A stretch of DNA of 63,911 nt, counting the filler, from Kipferlia bialata (taxonomy: Eukaryota), in the NCBI GenBank assembly GCA_003568945.1. It is 5 parts of 3 records of this genome, joined end to end, with 100 filler letters (N's around TTAATTAATTAA, not from the genome) between each part and the next. Parts side by side here need not be neighbours in the genome. Positions count along the whole stretch, not along the records: positions 30,495 to 43,190 come from BDIP01000102.1; positions 43,291 to 59,084 come from BDIP01000102.1; 3 more parts are not named here. The stretch is one strand, 5' to 3'. The translations under genes and the position numbers were made by a program. Of the stretch, positions 30,495 to 44,126 are shown in pieces. The stretch's first letter is position 1. The number at the start of each line of letters is the position of its first letter. Under the pieces are notes generated by a model that had not been told where the DNA came from, made no database searches, and saw only the letters and a list, made by a program, of their open reading frames with translations.

Positions 30495-32980
30495 CCTACC
30501 TGCACGACCTGGAGCCCAACCACCTAGTCACCTCCTCCACACACGTCAGAGTGGTGGTGTTCTCCCCCGTACAGCCTACGTCTGTGACCTACACGGTATG
30601 TACTCCGATGATACCTTCACACCGTTCACCCTTATGCTCACTATTGCCTGTAAATACTCTCCTTGTCTCACCTATAGGTGGATCAGAATGAGAGTAGGCG
30701 TGCCCCCCTAGCTATATCTGGCAGCAGACGCAGCAGAGACGTGGCCAATGGGTCTGTCGAGGCCGGTGAGGAGTGTGCCTTCCTATACACTGCGGAGTGG
30801 GACCCCTCTCTCTACAGCAGCGGCCTGCATACCCTGGAGGTGAGGGTGGCAACTGATAGTACCGTGGTGGATGCCCTCACTGATGAGGAGAGACTGGCGA
30901 GGCACATGGTGGATGGCATATCCATCCAGCCAGTGCACTCCAAGGTGTACCCCTTCTCCCTAGACGGCACCAGTATGTCCCTGTACGACAAGGGAGACAT
31001 CTCCACCTTTGTCAGTGAGATCACAGACTCCGTTGGTGATCTCTTCTGGTACGAGTTTGACTTCCCAGAGCTGGCTGGCAGGGCATACTACTTCTCCATC
31101 TTCCACTCCCCCATTGTTGTAGCCACCCCCTTCCTCTGTGTCCTGGGTATCATTGTGGTGGGGTCGGTGCTGGTGCCCAAGTGCGTGGCACATGCATTCG
31201 TCACAAAGCAGGTATGAGAGTGTATATATGATGTAATGATGCAACAGTTGGACTCTTGCTCTCTGTCTAGTGTCTCGCTTACCCTCAGGCCCTGCCATCC
31301 TTCCTAGTCCACAACAACGGCAGTGCAGAAGGAGGGGCAGACCCAGAGGCAGTCAAGCTCTCGGCAAGGTATATAGTTTTATGTATATTCACATTTGTGA
31401 GTACGACTACGCTCTCTCCCACGTCCACCCAGATATATTTTTCCCTGTGCCCTACACTCACCCCCAGGTACACCCAGTCCCTTATGCGTGCTGTGTCCAA
31501 GGGCCATACTATCTCAGAGGCCCAGGAGACTGCCAAGAGACACATATCGCACCCTGCCCTGGTGAGAGGGTTCATGCGGTACTGCTACTGCCAGATGCAC
31601 GAGTCCCTAGAGGCAGACAACGCTAGGAACAACCACCGCACCCCTGCGAACCCCCACCGCAGACTAGTCACTCAGCAGACACAGTGCGTGGTGGTGCCTG
31701 ACTCGTCGTGTGGGGAGGAGACGACAGAGCCTCTCAGTGCCTACAGACAGGAGAGAGAGAGAGAGGAGGCAGAGGAGAGTGTACCAGTGGGTATGGATGA
31801 CATGGGTGCCGAGCCTGCCTCTCCCCAGTCCCTGCTGGGCATAGGTCTGATACCTGAGGTGGTGGAGGTAGAGAGAGAGGCAGAGAGAGGACCAGGGCTC
31901 TGTGCCCCATGGGTATGAGGAGGAGGAGGTTGCCCCTGACAACGCCCCCCACACCATCCTAGCCAACTCTCCTCCCATGGGTATAGACGATGTGCTCCCC
32001 TGTGACTCCGAGGACTGCCTCTCTCTCTCTCAGGCTGAGGATGCATCCCCCTCCCCCTCCCTCACCCTGCACACCGTACCCGACTCAGACCCTGATGGCA
32101 CCGACACAGACACACACCCAGGGTGCCAGGTGCCCCCAGTCACAGAGTCCCTATTCAGGTTCCTCGCCATGTTCCTGTCCAGACGCATTGACGTGCCCCC
32201 CTCCATGGTCGTGTGGCTGCTCATGCCCATCTTCTGCCCCCTCTACTGGGGCTACATCTACTTCGAGCAGCCCGGCCTTGTCTTCACATACTTTGTGTAT
32301 GTGCCTGGCCGCGGTCTCATCTTCGAGCTGACCACCTTCTTCTTCGGTGTCTACATCTACCTAGCCATGTTCACACCCATGATCGGACTGCTTGTGGCCA
32401 CATCTGAGGCTGTGCTACCTGGTGTCCTGCCGGATAAGTGGCGGGGCAGGTCCTTTGCAGACCATGCCGATGCCATCTTCAGAGAGGCCATGGAGCCTAC
32501 CCCCCACCAGGCCATGCCCTCCTGCACAGACCTGTCACACGCTAGGGACTCCATCCTCAAGGCATCCAGTGCGTCATCAGCCGCAACAAGGTACATGCAA
32601 CAGTAATTTCTCTATAATTAGTATATATATTTATTCTGGATACTGTATGTATGGTATATAATCGCTATACTCACCACCACAGAGAGATGCAGATGGCCAC
32701 TGAGTCACTGTACACGCTGCACTCCTTCAAGAGGGGCAGGGTGCTCGATGGCCTGACCCAGCTGGTGCCCGACACCACGCTCTACCTCTACATCTTCATC
32801 GCCATCTCCTCCTGTCTCTTCAACTGTGTCGGGGCCTGGTCCTGCTTTGGCTGGTGGTCTGTCTTCGTCTCTCCCTTCTGCTTCCCCTTCCTGGTCTATG
32901 CGTGCTACATCATCTACATTAGACTGAGGAGGAGGTCCCAGATCAGGCAGGAGTGGAAGGTGCTCGCAGCCAAGGCATGA
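30495..32980 (+). CDS. TMEM62-like membrane protein, C-terminal part, with an apparent frameshift near 31880
   Basis: STHVRVVVFSP...FLYTAEWDPSLYSSGLHTLEVRV...YPFSLDG resembles the TMEM62 Ig-like domain. It is followed by hydrophobic segments (CPLYWGYIYFEQPGLVFTYFVYV...) and a TM-rich last exon ending at TGA 32980. Starts at the contig edge. Confidence 0.6.
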
Positions 32981-33326
32981 GGGGAGGATGGGCGGCAGTA
33001 GCGTGTGTGTGACACTTCTGTGATGTGTGGTAGATACTGCTATCTACTTAGTCTATGTGTCTTCAAGTCTTGCAGAGATGCTTCATTATTGTTCTCTGCC
33101 GGATTAAAATGTTTCTTCTGGCTTCTAGGAGGAGTTAGACCCTCTCTATCAATAGATGCCTATATCTTGTTTGTCAGGTCCTGTGTGACTATGTCAATGC
33201 AGTATACGAACGCATATTGTGAGCCTTGATCTATTGAACAGTTCTACTGATAGGTGATTTGGGTAGAGCCGATCTTGACACAGTCCGTGCCAGTGATACA
33301 GCACATAGCGTATACTGGGAGTGGGC

Positions 33327-33989
33327 TCACTTGGTGCCCACACCAGCAGCCTTGGGTTACATGGGAGTGAACCAAACTCAAGAATAGAGGTATATGACAC
33401 GGGAGTGCCATCAGGGTGTGTTGGTTGGAGATTATTGTTAGTATGTCACACATACCGCGTTGGCCTCTGCCTCCAGCTCCGCCTTGATCTCTGCCCTCAG
33501 AGCTGCCTCGGCCCTCATCTCCTCCTTCAGCTGGGCCCTGGGGGTCAATAGGTATATAATAGGTGTTAGTACCTATCTCCCAGCATATTCACGATGGCAG
33601 CCTCAGTATCAGTAACTGTCAGTGTATATATATATGTAGGTATCGTCACCTGTGCTCTGCCTCAGTCTGGGCTGGTGCCGGGGCTGGAGCTGGAGCAACT
33701 GGTGCGGGTGCGGGTGCGGGTGCTACAGCAGCTTGACTGACGTTAAACACTATACACAACAAAGCAAGCAGGTCAGCCAAGGTATATAGGTGGTGTGGAG
33801 ACGTACGCTGCCTGCTGCTTCTTGGCTGCCTTCTTTGCCTTGTGCCCCTTCACGGCCTGGTGTGAGGTTTCATCAATCACAATATCTTCTCTATGCATAG
33901 TAGAAGTGACATGTAGGTCCCTGTCCTTATCTTGAATACTCTCAAAACAATACCTTGATTGCCACTACCCTTCTCAGTGTCTTGCCCAT
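33327..33989 (-). CDS. Small Ala/Pro-rich coiled-coil protein (~90 aa, 5 exons)
   Basis: In-frame splicing gives MGKTLRRVVAIK|AVKGHKAKKAAKKQQAA|QAAVAPAPAPAPVAPAPAPAPAQTEAEHR|AQLKEEMRAEAALRAEIKAELEAEANA|AAGVGTK*. Confidence 0.55.
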
Positions 33990-34337
33990 TGCTACTAGTG
34001 CTGCACGAGGAGAGGCGACTTGGTCTCTACATCCCTAGCAGACAGCAATGCGAATCAGGAAGCTACATGATACCATCGAATACAGAAGGTTGTAACGACA
34101 GGTATTTTGGAGAATTGATGGTGTCAACTTTGACACTGTCAAGTTCCTGCTGTGTTATACGATCTAGAGTCTAGACCTTCAATGTTAATGGTGGGTACTT
34201 ATTGTTCTGCTTCCCATTGCAGTGACAAGGTGATAGAAATGAGTATCACTTGGCCAGCCAAATCGGATTATTCCGCTTCCGATTCGGATATAAGATTCCT
34301 TCCGATACGGTCCTAATGAGCCTCTTCCCACTCATCA

Positions 34338-35222
34338 ATGGGAGGCCACTGGACGAGTGTGAACTGCCCCCTCGTCGGATTCACAGCGGATCTGAGCGAT
34401 GCGATGCGCCTGTTGCCTGGCTTGACTGAACTAGTGGAAGCCAAGGTCACAGAGGCAAAGGAGAGGTTCCGTGATGAACACTACGTGGAGTACCCTGATA
34501 CTGATAGTGAGGACCAGGAGGAGAGGGAGTACCCATGCACTGACCCCATTATGTACCTCAACAGCTGCGGGTTAGCCCCCAGCTCCAACTGTGTGCAGCT
34601 GGAGGTCGGGGAGTGCGGCATGATTAAGGTGAGATAGTGTTCAGGCTCCTATCCACTATCTGTAATCGTTGTCACTAAGCTGCAGATCTGTCTTCCTTCT
34701 CGGGCCATCTCAGTCTACGGAGACGGTGGAGACAGTGACTATGAGGTGGCTATGCAAGGTAACTACTGATATGCATGACTTTGGCGTGTCTCTATTCGTG
34801 AGATACTCTGTATACCATACCCTTCCACACTAGAGTTTTGATTCCAGGACGTGTCTTCTTTCAGGTTGGCATTATTGGGGTGCCCGATCTCGATGTACGT
34901 AAGCCTAGTCAGTTCCTCCTGCTTTGTCTCCGATTTCTTTTCAACATGGTGTCTTTCTAGTGTTGAGTATCAGTATTAGGCCTGTCATAGTCTACTCCTC
35001 TCATGCAGTCATGCGACAGGGCACCTGTGAGTCAGTACGGAGTTTCAGAGGGTAACGGACCAGACCTGGAGGCACTCATGGCAGCAAAGAAGGTAACTGC
35101 CCCCCCCCCCCACCAAACCACTTGTACCCCCCCCCCCTTCTCCCCATTCACGACAGCACCTAGAGAAGTACCTCACCGACCTCGGCCTGTCTCCTCTTTG
35201 GTCCACTGCTGCCAGGCTCTAG
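34338..35222 (+). CDS. Hypothetical protein (5 exons)
   Basis: MGGHWTSV...ECGMIK|ICLPSRAISVYGDGGDSDYEVAMQ|GRVFFQVGIIGVPDLD|SCDRAP...LMAAKK|HLEKYLTDLGLSPLWSTAARL*, joined at consensus splice sites. Confidence 0.55.
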
Positions 35223-35699
35223 AGAGTCTTGTCAAGCGACTTGACTCAGGGTTGTAGAAGTATTGTGCCTTATGGCTGTGAGTATAGATCTGAAGTCAAT
35301 TGTTGTCTAAGAGAGAGATTATTCATTGTTTCTCTTCTCCACTGACCGGAGAATCTGAAAGACCAGTCACCGTGTCAATCTATACTTTGGTCGCTGTTGA
35401 GTGTGTTGATGGTGTCTGATTGCATATACGCCATCTATTCACTCGACTGCTTGTGACAGTGTCATACTGTTGACCCCTCTCCCATATGGTTTGCGCGCTC
35501 TGTATTCACACCCTCCTCCTCTTTTAGTCTCTGGTGGGGCTACACTCCTTTGGCTCGGAACAGGAGAGGTAAGGGGCGGTCAGTGAAAGAGACTCTGGTA
35601 CTACAAAGCATACTATCATAATGGATCCAAAATGACATACAGATTGTGCTCCACCTCTGCTCTAGAGGTGTCGTTGTTGATTACCATGTACAACTGGAG

Positions 35700-38600
35700 T
35701 TTGTCCAGATGCGGCCGTTTCGGTATGATTGGAGACCTAGCAGTGCTACTCCAGTTGCTAACTGCCTGCCACATGTGGAGAGTGACAAGCAATAGCAGCA
35801 TAATCATATACCCAGAGCCCTCAAGGAAGCAGCGAATAGTACTCCGACCCTCTCTCCAGGTACCGTATATATATGTTCGGGTGACTGTATGTTCAGCCTG
35901 TTTCGTATGGTTGTGTCTCATTCCAGCACTTGAGGGTTCTGTCCGGACTGACGGTCTGTGCTTCGGTGTTGGTAATGAGCTCCCCACCTTCAGTGAGAGA
36001 GAAAGTGTGGATGTGGGTCCTACCAGTACTGTGTGTGTATGTGTGCTGTCTGTGCGCTCTTGAGTGCCTCCCTCATCCCCTATTTGACAGGACTCTACAG
36101 ATACTGAGAGACGTAGCAGTGTGGGAAACAGTGGCAAAAGAGGTAGGGACAGTAACCATATATGGGGGTTGTCAGTGTACATATACATTCATTGTGTGGT
36201 TGACAATAGTGGGATGATATGCCTATGGTGTCCATGTATTCCTAGGTGGGTGGTAGATCCACCATTGTCTCATACTACAGCACTGTCCTTCGTACAAGGG
36301 AACCCACTCTGACCTGGTTGAGTATATCCACTGGGTCACTGGAAGGGTAACAGAGGTGTCACCTATTCCATATAGCATGGTGAGTTGCCGTCTCTCTCCC
36401 AGCTGTAAACACACACACCGGATACTACTAGTGGGCCAGAAGATCGGCAATAGTGGATACTGATATACATATATATATTTGTGCTGACGTGCAGTTGAAG
36501 GAACTAACAATCCAAACTGTCCCTCTCTCAGCGCCACGAGCATATGCTGGTTGTGTATGGGAAAGAACATTTCTTGGCGAGAGATACCCTATGGTGACAA
36601 CGCCCCTAGTCTTGATCCTCTTTCAGTTGTTTTCAATGATTCCGAAAGCTTGCAGATCCATCTTGGCTCCGCTACTAGTGACTGAGAAGACAGCATATAG
36701 GCTCAGGTAATTAGGCATATGCCAATTTCCATATCTACCAGCCTCCCTAGTAATTTCGATGCATATTGGATTGTATCAGAGGGTTATAAAGCCTCAATGA
36801 CAGCAGAAAATGGATACTTGAGAACTATCCGACAAAAACTACGTCTAAGGGGCATGTGTGTCATGACCCCCGTAGTGTATCTCTGTGCGGTGGATTGGAG
36901 GTGAGTCTGGGTTCCTCTAGGCTCTTAACTCTATTGAGGGATCTGGGAGATGTAAGTCCCGAGGTGTATGGCCCCACTAGAGTATGTCAGTACTACACGG
37001 TGTCTGGCGTTGTACTGTCGCATCTACCTAGGGTGCAGGTCGTCCCTGCCGACCAAGACAGAGACCCCACCTGGATAGCTGTCCCCCTCACTGTGGGGCA
37101 GGCACCTGTACACATGCCAGGGAACCCCATCCCACCCCCACCTGAGGCCACCAATCGATTGATATGGCCACCTGTCGCAGTCCCGCAGATGGGTCCAATG
37201 GCGCTGTGCTTTGAGGTGGGTGTGTTACCAACTGATCTCTCACTTTCGACGTAGGTGCACTCACTTCCAGGGCCCCTATGTCAACCTTCCTATTGCTGTG
37301 ATCCTTGTGGTCACAGGGTCATTCTTGAGACTCTTCAGAATGAGCGAAGAGGTTAGTATACTCAACCATTTTAGTGAATCAACACTAGTTGCTAACCGGT
37401 AGCCCCTTACCACCTGGGTGGGGTTCATGGATTCCCTGCTTCCAGACACTAGAAGCCATATCCTCAGCACCCTCAAGACGCGACCTGATCCCCACCACGC
37501 AGACTTCCAATATGCTGTAGGCCAGATTAGGCTGAAGAGACGGGACGGGTCTAAGGTGGTGTCCTTAACTCAACTAGGTTGAGTATAGCTCTGTCTTGAC
37601 TAATGGGTCACTTTAAGTGAATGCTTCAATAGTGGTGAGAACTATATCTTTCAGTCTCTCTTGCTAATTCCCAGTTTGTGGCCAAGTGGAGCTTTGTAGA
37701 GTATGTCGACATCAGATGCCCGGACGGCATCCCTCTAGTGATACCCGGGACAGTAACCATGTACTCCCACAGACAGCACCTATTGCTCATGCAATCTTGG
37801 AACCCAGTCACCCTGGAGCGGCCTGTCATGCATCCTTTCCTACGACCAAGAGTCCGAACGCGAACGGATAGCACCCAACCTCACCTACCAAGAGAGCTCT
37901 TCAAGAAACCAATGAAAACAATAAGGCGACTTATGGTGGCTGAGGTTACATACATGTATAACAGCTGTCTGAGTGACCATCGAACTAGGTAAGAGGGATG
38001 TGCATACTAAGACCATATGGTGTTATAGCATAGGTTACTGCTCAAGTGACCTCTCATCCTAGGCAAACCCTTGACCATTTCTGTCGGGATAGAAAGTTTA
38101 AGACAGCAGTCCTGGATTTCCACACCAATCGGAATGGGTTTGCAATTGGCCTTATGCACCTGTTCGACATTCACAACCTGGACATGGTCGGTTAGTTAGG
38201 GGTCTCTTCTAGTTCAGGTCCTCTATGTGGTATCTCACAACAGGAATACAACCCCAGCAGTCCACTCGATTCATACTCACTGTGGCCAATGGGTTCAGCA
38301 AGAGAGCTAAGAGACACGACGCCTCCCATGCGCTTTCCTCGTTGCACCTCATGCACCACCTGATCTACAGCATCAGGGCCAGCTGCAGTGGGTCCAAGTA
38401 CATCACAACCCTTTTGGTGAGACGTGGTATAGTGTTCTGTGTCGCATATATTTCACTTCTCAAATCTTCTTTCACACTTTAACCCCACAGACCCTGATAC
38501 TCTTTTGTGTCTCTGTCACACATGGGATAGACTGTGTATGCTCTGCGAGAGTGTGTGACACTGGCCAGTACCACGTGGCGGGGTGTCTGCACAGATCACA

Positions 38601-39479
38601 CTCTCAGAAGGCACACGCCACAGGGTAAGTGTATCGGTATACCTTCACATTTGTACCTGGTTACAATGACACGGCATAATACTCACAATTTTTGGTGGAC
38701 TATTCACTTTTATTAACCTCCTGACGACGTTTTGACACTCACTTCCTAGCATTACACTTGTGGCTGCAAAGCAGACCGGGCTATTAGACAACATGCCTAT
38801 GGGATTCACCCATCTGTTACGTGACCTGGTTCAAGCTACCACTGAGGCTTCCATCATATCATTGGTCCTAGAGCTGAAGGTCTGTTTATGAGACCTTTCA
38901 TACTCCCGTGTTGATCGATTTCATTCACACTATGTCTTGATGCTAACACAGGCATTCTGTCTCTGGATGCAGGACCTGACTCCTCTTGAGAGGCGCCAGA
39001 TACTAGAGTGTAGTAGACCTGAGGTAGGAAGACGGGAGTGCAGTAGTCTCTAAGTTGATGTGTACTCTCTCACATCAGATGGAGGATGTGATGCCGAGTG
39101 TTCTAGCTGTGACCAACTCCGTCTTTGGAACTCTGCAGCGTCTGCTGCTAAGGGGCCTATCTGTCATAGCGTGTATAGGATGTGACCTAAGAGAGGCGGG
39201 AAACAGGTAAGTGGGCCTAGTCCATAAGCACATAGTGTAATTGAATGCCTTACCACCAGTGTATCCCAGGAGCAAAGGATGTTTGACAGCATCGACTATG
39301 CAGCCTGCGGGTTGGCCGGAGACTCGTCTGACTCCCAGAGGCACATCGCTCTACTGCACACGTGTTATGTCCCACTTCTAACAGAACTAATGCGATTGGC
39401 ACAAGTATTCGAACTATCTCACTTCAACACTTTGCTGGGAGAGTTACGGGATGAAGTGGAAGCCCAGTTCTCATTGTGA
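35700..39479 (+). CDS. Hypothetical multi-exon protein (5' boundary uncertain)
   Basis: Regular run of short GT-AG introns. The last exons join in frame: MEDVMPSVLAVTNSVFGTLQRLLLRGL...GNS|VSQEQRMFDSIDY...EAQFSL*. Confidence 0.4.
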
Positions 39480-39567
39480 ATCTTTCTATGTTTCATACCC
39501 CACGATTCTATTTATGTCGAGAGTAACGCGAATACAAATAGATTCTGATATAGTCTACTTTCACTCC

Positions 39568-41733
39568 TTACATGTCACCAATGATGCCAATACCCCCCTC
39601 CGTCGGTAGTGTCACTCCTCTACCTCTTGAACCGGCCAGACCGTCCTTGGCATCCTCTATCACAGCTGCCACGACCTAGAAGTAAGCACTGAGAAGTACA
39701 CGAGTAAAAGCTGAAAGAAGAGTACTAAGTGTCAAGAGCTGGAACTTCCAGCCTGGAAGCTACTAGCATATTACGTACCTTCTTGTCCTCGAGTGCAAAC
39801 TTGAACGCGACCTCACTTCCAACCATGTCTGCCACTGACTCCTCCTTGACCCTCCTACCGCCACTCTTGATACCCTCGTATGGCGCACCGGCCATTGCAT
39901 GGCGACACATGCAGAGTGATAGTGCAAATAGAGGAGTGGAGGGGGCCGTCTCCATGCACACCCTCATGAGTGCTGTGACATGCTGTGCCACTTCTCCCCC
40001 TGCATCCAGGGTCTGGGATACCCACTGGCAGAGGCTGCCTAGGTAGAGACCCGAGTTGGACTCGACCGTCTCTGCTATCTCTCCCCACTCCATTGGGGAT
40101 GATGGGAAGTCGAGCATCCTGCATGTCTGGACAAGGGTTAGGAAGGACAGGACAGGGTGGCAGGAACGCAGACCAACAGTCAGAGACTGGGCTAGGTGTC
40201 TGGTGATGTGGGTGAAGTTGGCCTCGACAGAGCTGACGTGAGTGAGAGGGTTGGTCTCTGATTAAGTATTCCTCCACGATTGGTGCCTACCTTACTCCAT
40301 GCACCCCCCTCATACCCATCTGAGTGAGACGACACAGACCTCTCATCACAGAGACAGGATTCTGAGGTGAGGGTCGCATGCGCTATATACACTATCGTAG
40401 AGGTACTCTGGTCACAAACCTGCAGGGCCGTTCCCTCCACCCCCCTTCTGAGTGCATATGCCCCGTCGTCGTCTCTGACCCAGCCCACAGTGATCAGGGC
40501 CTGGGGGTGAGTGAGTGTCTCTATATACATCATTCCTCACTGAATGCCCCACCTCCACCACGTGCTCTGGTCTGATGAGTGCCCCTGTCACCCATGGGTT
40601 GTAGTGCATGTGGACAGGGAGCACAGCCATGTCGCTGTCTGTGCACAGGATGTCTGGTAGGAGGTACACCATGAAGGAAGGGGGTCTGTCCCTAGTAGGC
40701 ACTGAAGGCACATGAATAGCAGTGTCCCATAGACACAGCTCGGGGAAGAAGGACGTCACAGACACACTGCCCCTAGGGTTGTGGGAGACCAGCCACACAC
40801 ATGCCCCAGCTGATAGGGCAGTAGTGTACTCTGTCTGAGAGGTACTAGGTGGGATGGGTTCCTCTGTCCACTCCCCATCCACCCCATCATACACAGCCGC
40901 ACTCTCAGCACGGCCCAACCCTCCACACACTCTGGGCACCACAACTATCCTAGTGTGAGGCACTGCTGCAACGATGAACAGACATACCCTGTGTTCAAGA
41001 TAGAAGTACAAGACATACTTGTGATGGTGGGACACCACGAGGCATGGTGTGTGTGACAGGTAGACAGGCACACCCTCAACCCTCTGTATGGTGTCCTTGT
41101 CTATGCGGTACAGGGCGTCACTGTACAGATACACGCAGTCACCATGACTGGGATGAGGGGTGTCTCACATGATTAGCGGTGTAGAGATGGTATGTATGGA
41201 GTAACACGTACGCTGTGGCCGAGAGAGGGTACTGCCCGTGGGAGTGCGAGAGGGAGATGTCGGCCATCTCCACCCACTCTCTCTCTGGCTCCCTCATACT
41301 CCACATCCTGAGGGCACTCCCTACATAGGCAAAGAGGTAGGCCTGGGGGGTGAGAGACTACGTTATGATATTGACACGATAACTGTACAACCCACCTTGC
41401 CATCCACTGCTGTCATTGCCACTCTTCCTGCACTCCTGACTGACCCTGCATCAGAGATTGGGGACTCACACAGCACTCTGGCGTCAAAGGGCGGCCCTCC
41501 CCTGTGTGCCCCGTGCTCACTGACAGACCCCATGCTTAGGGAGATGGTGTGGGTGGAGGAGAGGCCTAGCAGGTGGCCTGGGGTAGGGTTGATAGAGTGT
41601 GTAGTCAGATGGGGACAAGGACCTTACCTGGTGCGAGTGCTACTGCGGCTATCAGCCTGTGCCCTATGGGTACGGGCAGGGTCTCCCACTGCAAGGGAGT
41701 GACTCCCATTCCTGTGTGGGTTGGAGCACTCAT
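39568..41733 (-). CDS. Hypothetical protein with kelch-like propeller and helical C-terminus
   Basis: MSAPTHTG...LQWETLPVP; AVYDGVDGEWTEE; TSFFPELCLW; last exon VVAAVIEDAKDGLAG...GDM*; consensus minus-strand introns. Confidence 0.55.
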
Positions 41734-42148
41734 ATGTGCGCTAAAACTTGGTAGGAGAAACATGTGATGGCAATTACTGCTCTTTTCCACTCCTTAGGGT
41801 CTCAAGGGTCGATATGAGGATATCTTTCGTGGATGGTCTCAAACGCTTGACTGTAGAGGCTGAAATAGATTTTGAGGCTCGATCCTACACGATGAGTTGA
41901 GATCATAGGGACAGCAGTAATATCACTCTCAGGTTACCCAATTGCTACATACTGAAACACCCTGGACATACACACCCTTACACACCACGGTTTATGACAT
42001 CAACACACCAGCGGCTACACATAACAGAACACATTGATAGGTACCAAACTACAAAGAAACAATGAGAGGCGACGGAGCACTACCCAAAGAGGAGCCATCT
42101 GCCTCTACCTAAACCCCACACTGACTGCAAGCCAGACCCCCTTGCCCC

Positions 42149-43053
42149 TCACTTCCTGAGTGCCTCAGCGACCCTTCTCTTGAGGTCCTTGGTGGTATCC
42201 TTGATCGGCTTGGCGGGCTCTGCCACAGTTAGCTGCTGGGTGTCGTAGTAGCGCACTGCGCCCTCGCCCTGCTCCCTGTAGAGCCTGAGGCTGTCTGCGA
42301 TGGACAGGACTGTCTTGGCGCCATAGGGCATACGGGCCTGGATGTCCGTCTCGGCAGCCTCCAGCACGACAACACACTTGGGGGGAGTGACCTGGGGGTG
42401 AGGGGGAGAGTGGTTGAAGGGAGAGAGAGAGAGAGAGAGAAGAAAATAGCGAGACTGTGGAGAGAGAGAGAGAGGGGAGATGACGTGGCTATGAAAGAAA
42501 GACATGGAAGAGAGAGGGGAGAGAGCCTAAAAACCGCATGTACCTGGGCATCGAAGAGTGTGGCGTGCTCAATGGACACTGGGTAGCCATCAACAACGAA
42601 GGTGGCAGAGGGGTTGGCGGCAAAGGTGCTGGGGTGAGGCAGGATGGGGGAGAGGATGGAGCGGGGGAGAGAGAGAGAGAGGAAGGGCAAGGAGAGACAC
42701 CTATCCCCTACCTGATGAGGAGTCTGATGTACACTGCCACAGGGACAGCCTGGTTCGAGGCACGAGCAGCCCTACAGGTGAGGATAGACAGGAGGAGGTA
42801 GAGAGTGACAGAGTATGTATTTACAAGAATGACAACAATATGAGAGTACTCATAGTCATAATCGTGCTCCATGCGAGGTCTATATGACATGTATACACAT
42901 GGGAAGTGCGTACCTGATGGTATCAGCCACAGGGGGCCTGGCAGTACGAAGGAGCTCGTCCACATCCACGTACTGGCCTCCTGGGAGGGAGGATGCCAGG
43001 GCCTTGGCCTGGGTGGTCTTGCCAGAGGCAGGGGGTCCCAGGAAGAAGATGAC
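42149..43053 (-). CDS. Adenylate/UMP-CMP kinase family domain, 5'-truncated at the contig end
   Basis: VIFFLGPPASGKTTQAKAL (P-loop), YVDVDELLR, FVVDGYP (NMP-kinase DG[YF]P motif); ends ...AEALRK*. Confidence 0.8.
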
Positions 43054-43190
43054 CTGGGGGTCAGAGATGCAGTATATGTATATGTATAGTGAGAGTCATT
43101 ATATATGGTAGAGACGTATGTGTGGAAGAATCAGGGGTGGGGGGTTGGGGGGGGGGGGGGGGGGGGGGGGGGCACAATGAGCCACAAAGG

Positions 43191-43290
43191 NNNNNNNNNN
43201 NNNNNNNNNNNNNNNNNNNNNNNNNNNNNNNNNNTTAATTAATTAANNNNNNNNNNNNNNNNNNNNNNNNNNNNNNNNNNNNNNNNNNNN
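43191..43290. other. Artificial contig linker
   Basis: N44-TTAATTAATTAA-N44. Confidence 0.95.
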
Positions 43291-43463
43291 TGGGTGGCTT
43301 TTTTGTTTTGACCCCCCCCCCCCCCCCCTCAATCATTATCATACAATGCATGTGTTGTAGAGGATGGTATAGTAGTATACTGCAGTTGTGTGTTGACAGT
43401 TTTGTAGAGTATGGTATAGTAAACTGCTGGCCGTACCATCTCGCCTACCATCTCTCACCCCAG

Positions 43464-43591
43464 GGAGGATGCGAGGCTTGATGATACACTTGAGCGGGGG
43501 GTGGCTCTGAATGGGCGTTTCCGGGTGGAGTACGTGACGTTGTGTCTGGATATATCCTCGGTCCTTGTCTTTGGCTCTCCCCTCTGATCAC

Positions 43592-43634
<43 letters not shown>

Positions 43635-44126
43635 CTCACTCTCTAGCAGCAAGATCCTTAACTATCTCAAGTTCCGCACCATCGAGTTAGAGTATCTTAG
43701 TGAGGTGAGTGCGATCATTATATGTGCATTCGCATACATGAGACTCTACCTTAGTGTGAGTATAGTGTTAGATATACACGATGACACATTCGCTTGCATT
43801 GTATCTACCTCTCACATCTAGGAGTATCCAATTATATATATCATTATTATATTATTTTTATTATTACACTCACATCCAGGAGTTCTGGGAGGCACTGGAT
43901 AGAGGTAGTGTGGAGCTGAGTAAGTGTCCTGAACTCCGTGGGACAGGTAATGTGTATATGTATATATATATTAGTATCCTTATGTATTTCATATATGACT
44001 ATGTCTCTTCTGACCCCAGATCTAGGTTGGCAAATGAGATACGCCCACTGTGTCCCCTTCCTGGAAAAGGCCTTCGCAGCTAGTTTCCCTCGTTCCTCGT
44101 CAGAGTCAACTATTACTGAGATATAA
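43464..44126 (+). CDS. 3' end of a hypothetical protein (4 exons)
   Basis: EDARLDDTLERGVALNGRFRVD|SKILNYLKFRTIELEYLSE|EFWEALDRGSVELSKCPELRGTD|LGWQMRYAHCVPFLEKAF...TEI* in frame. Confidence 0.55.
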
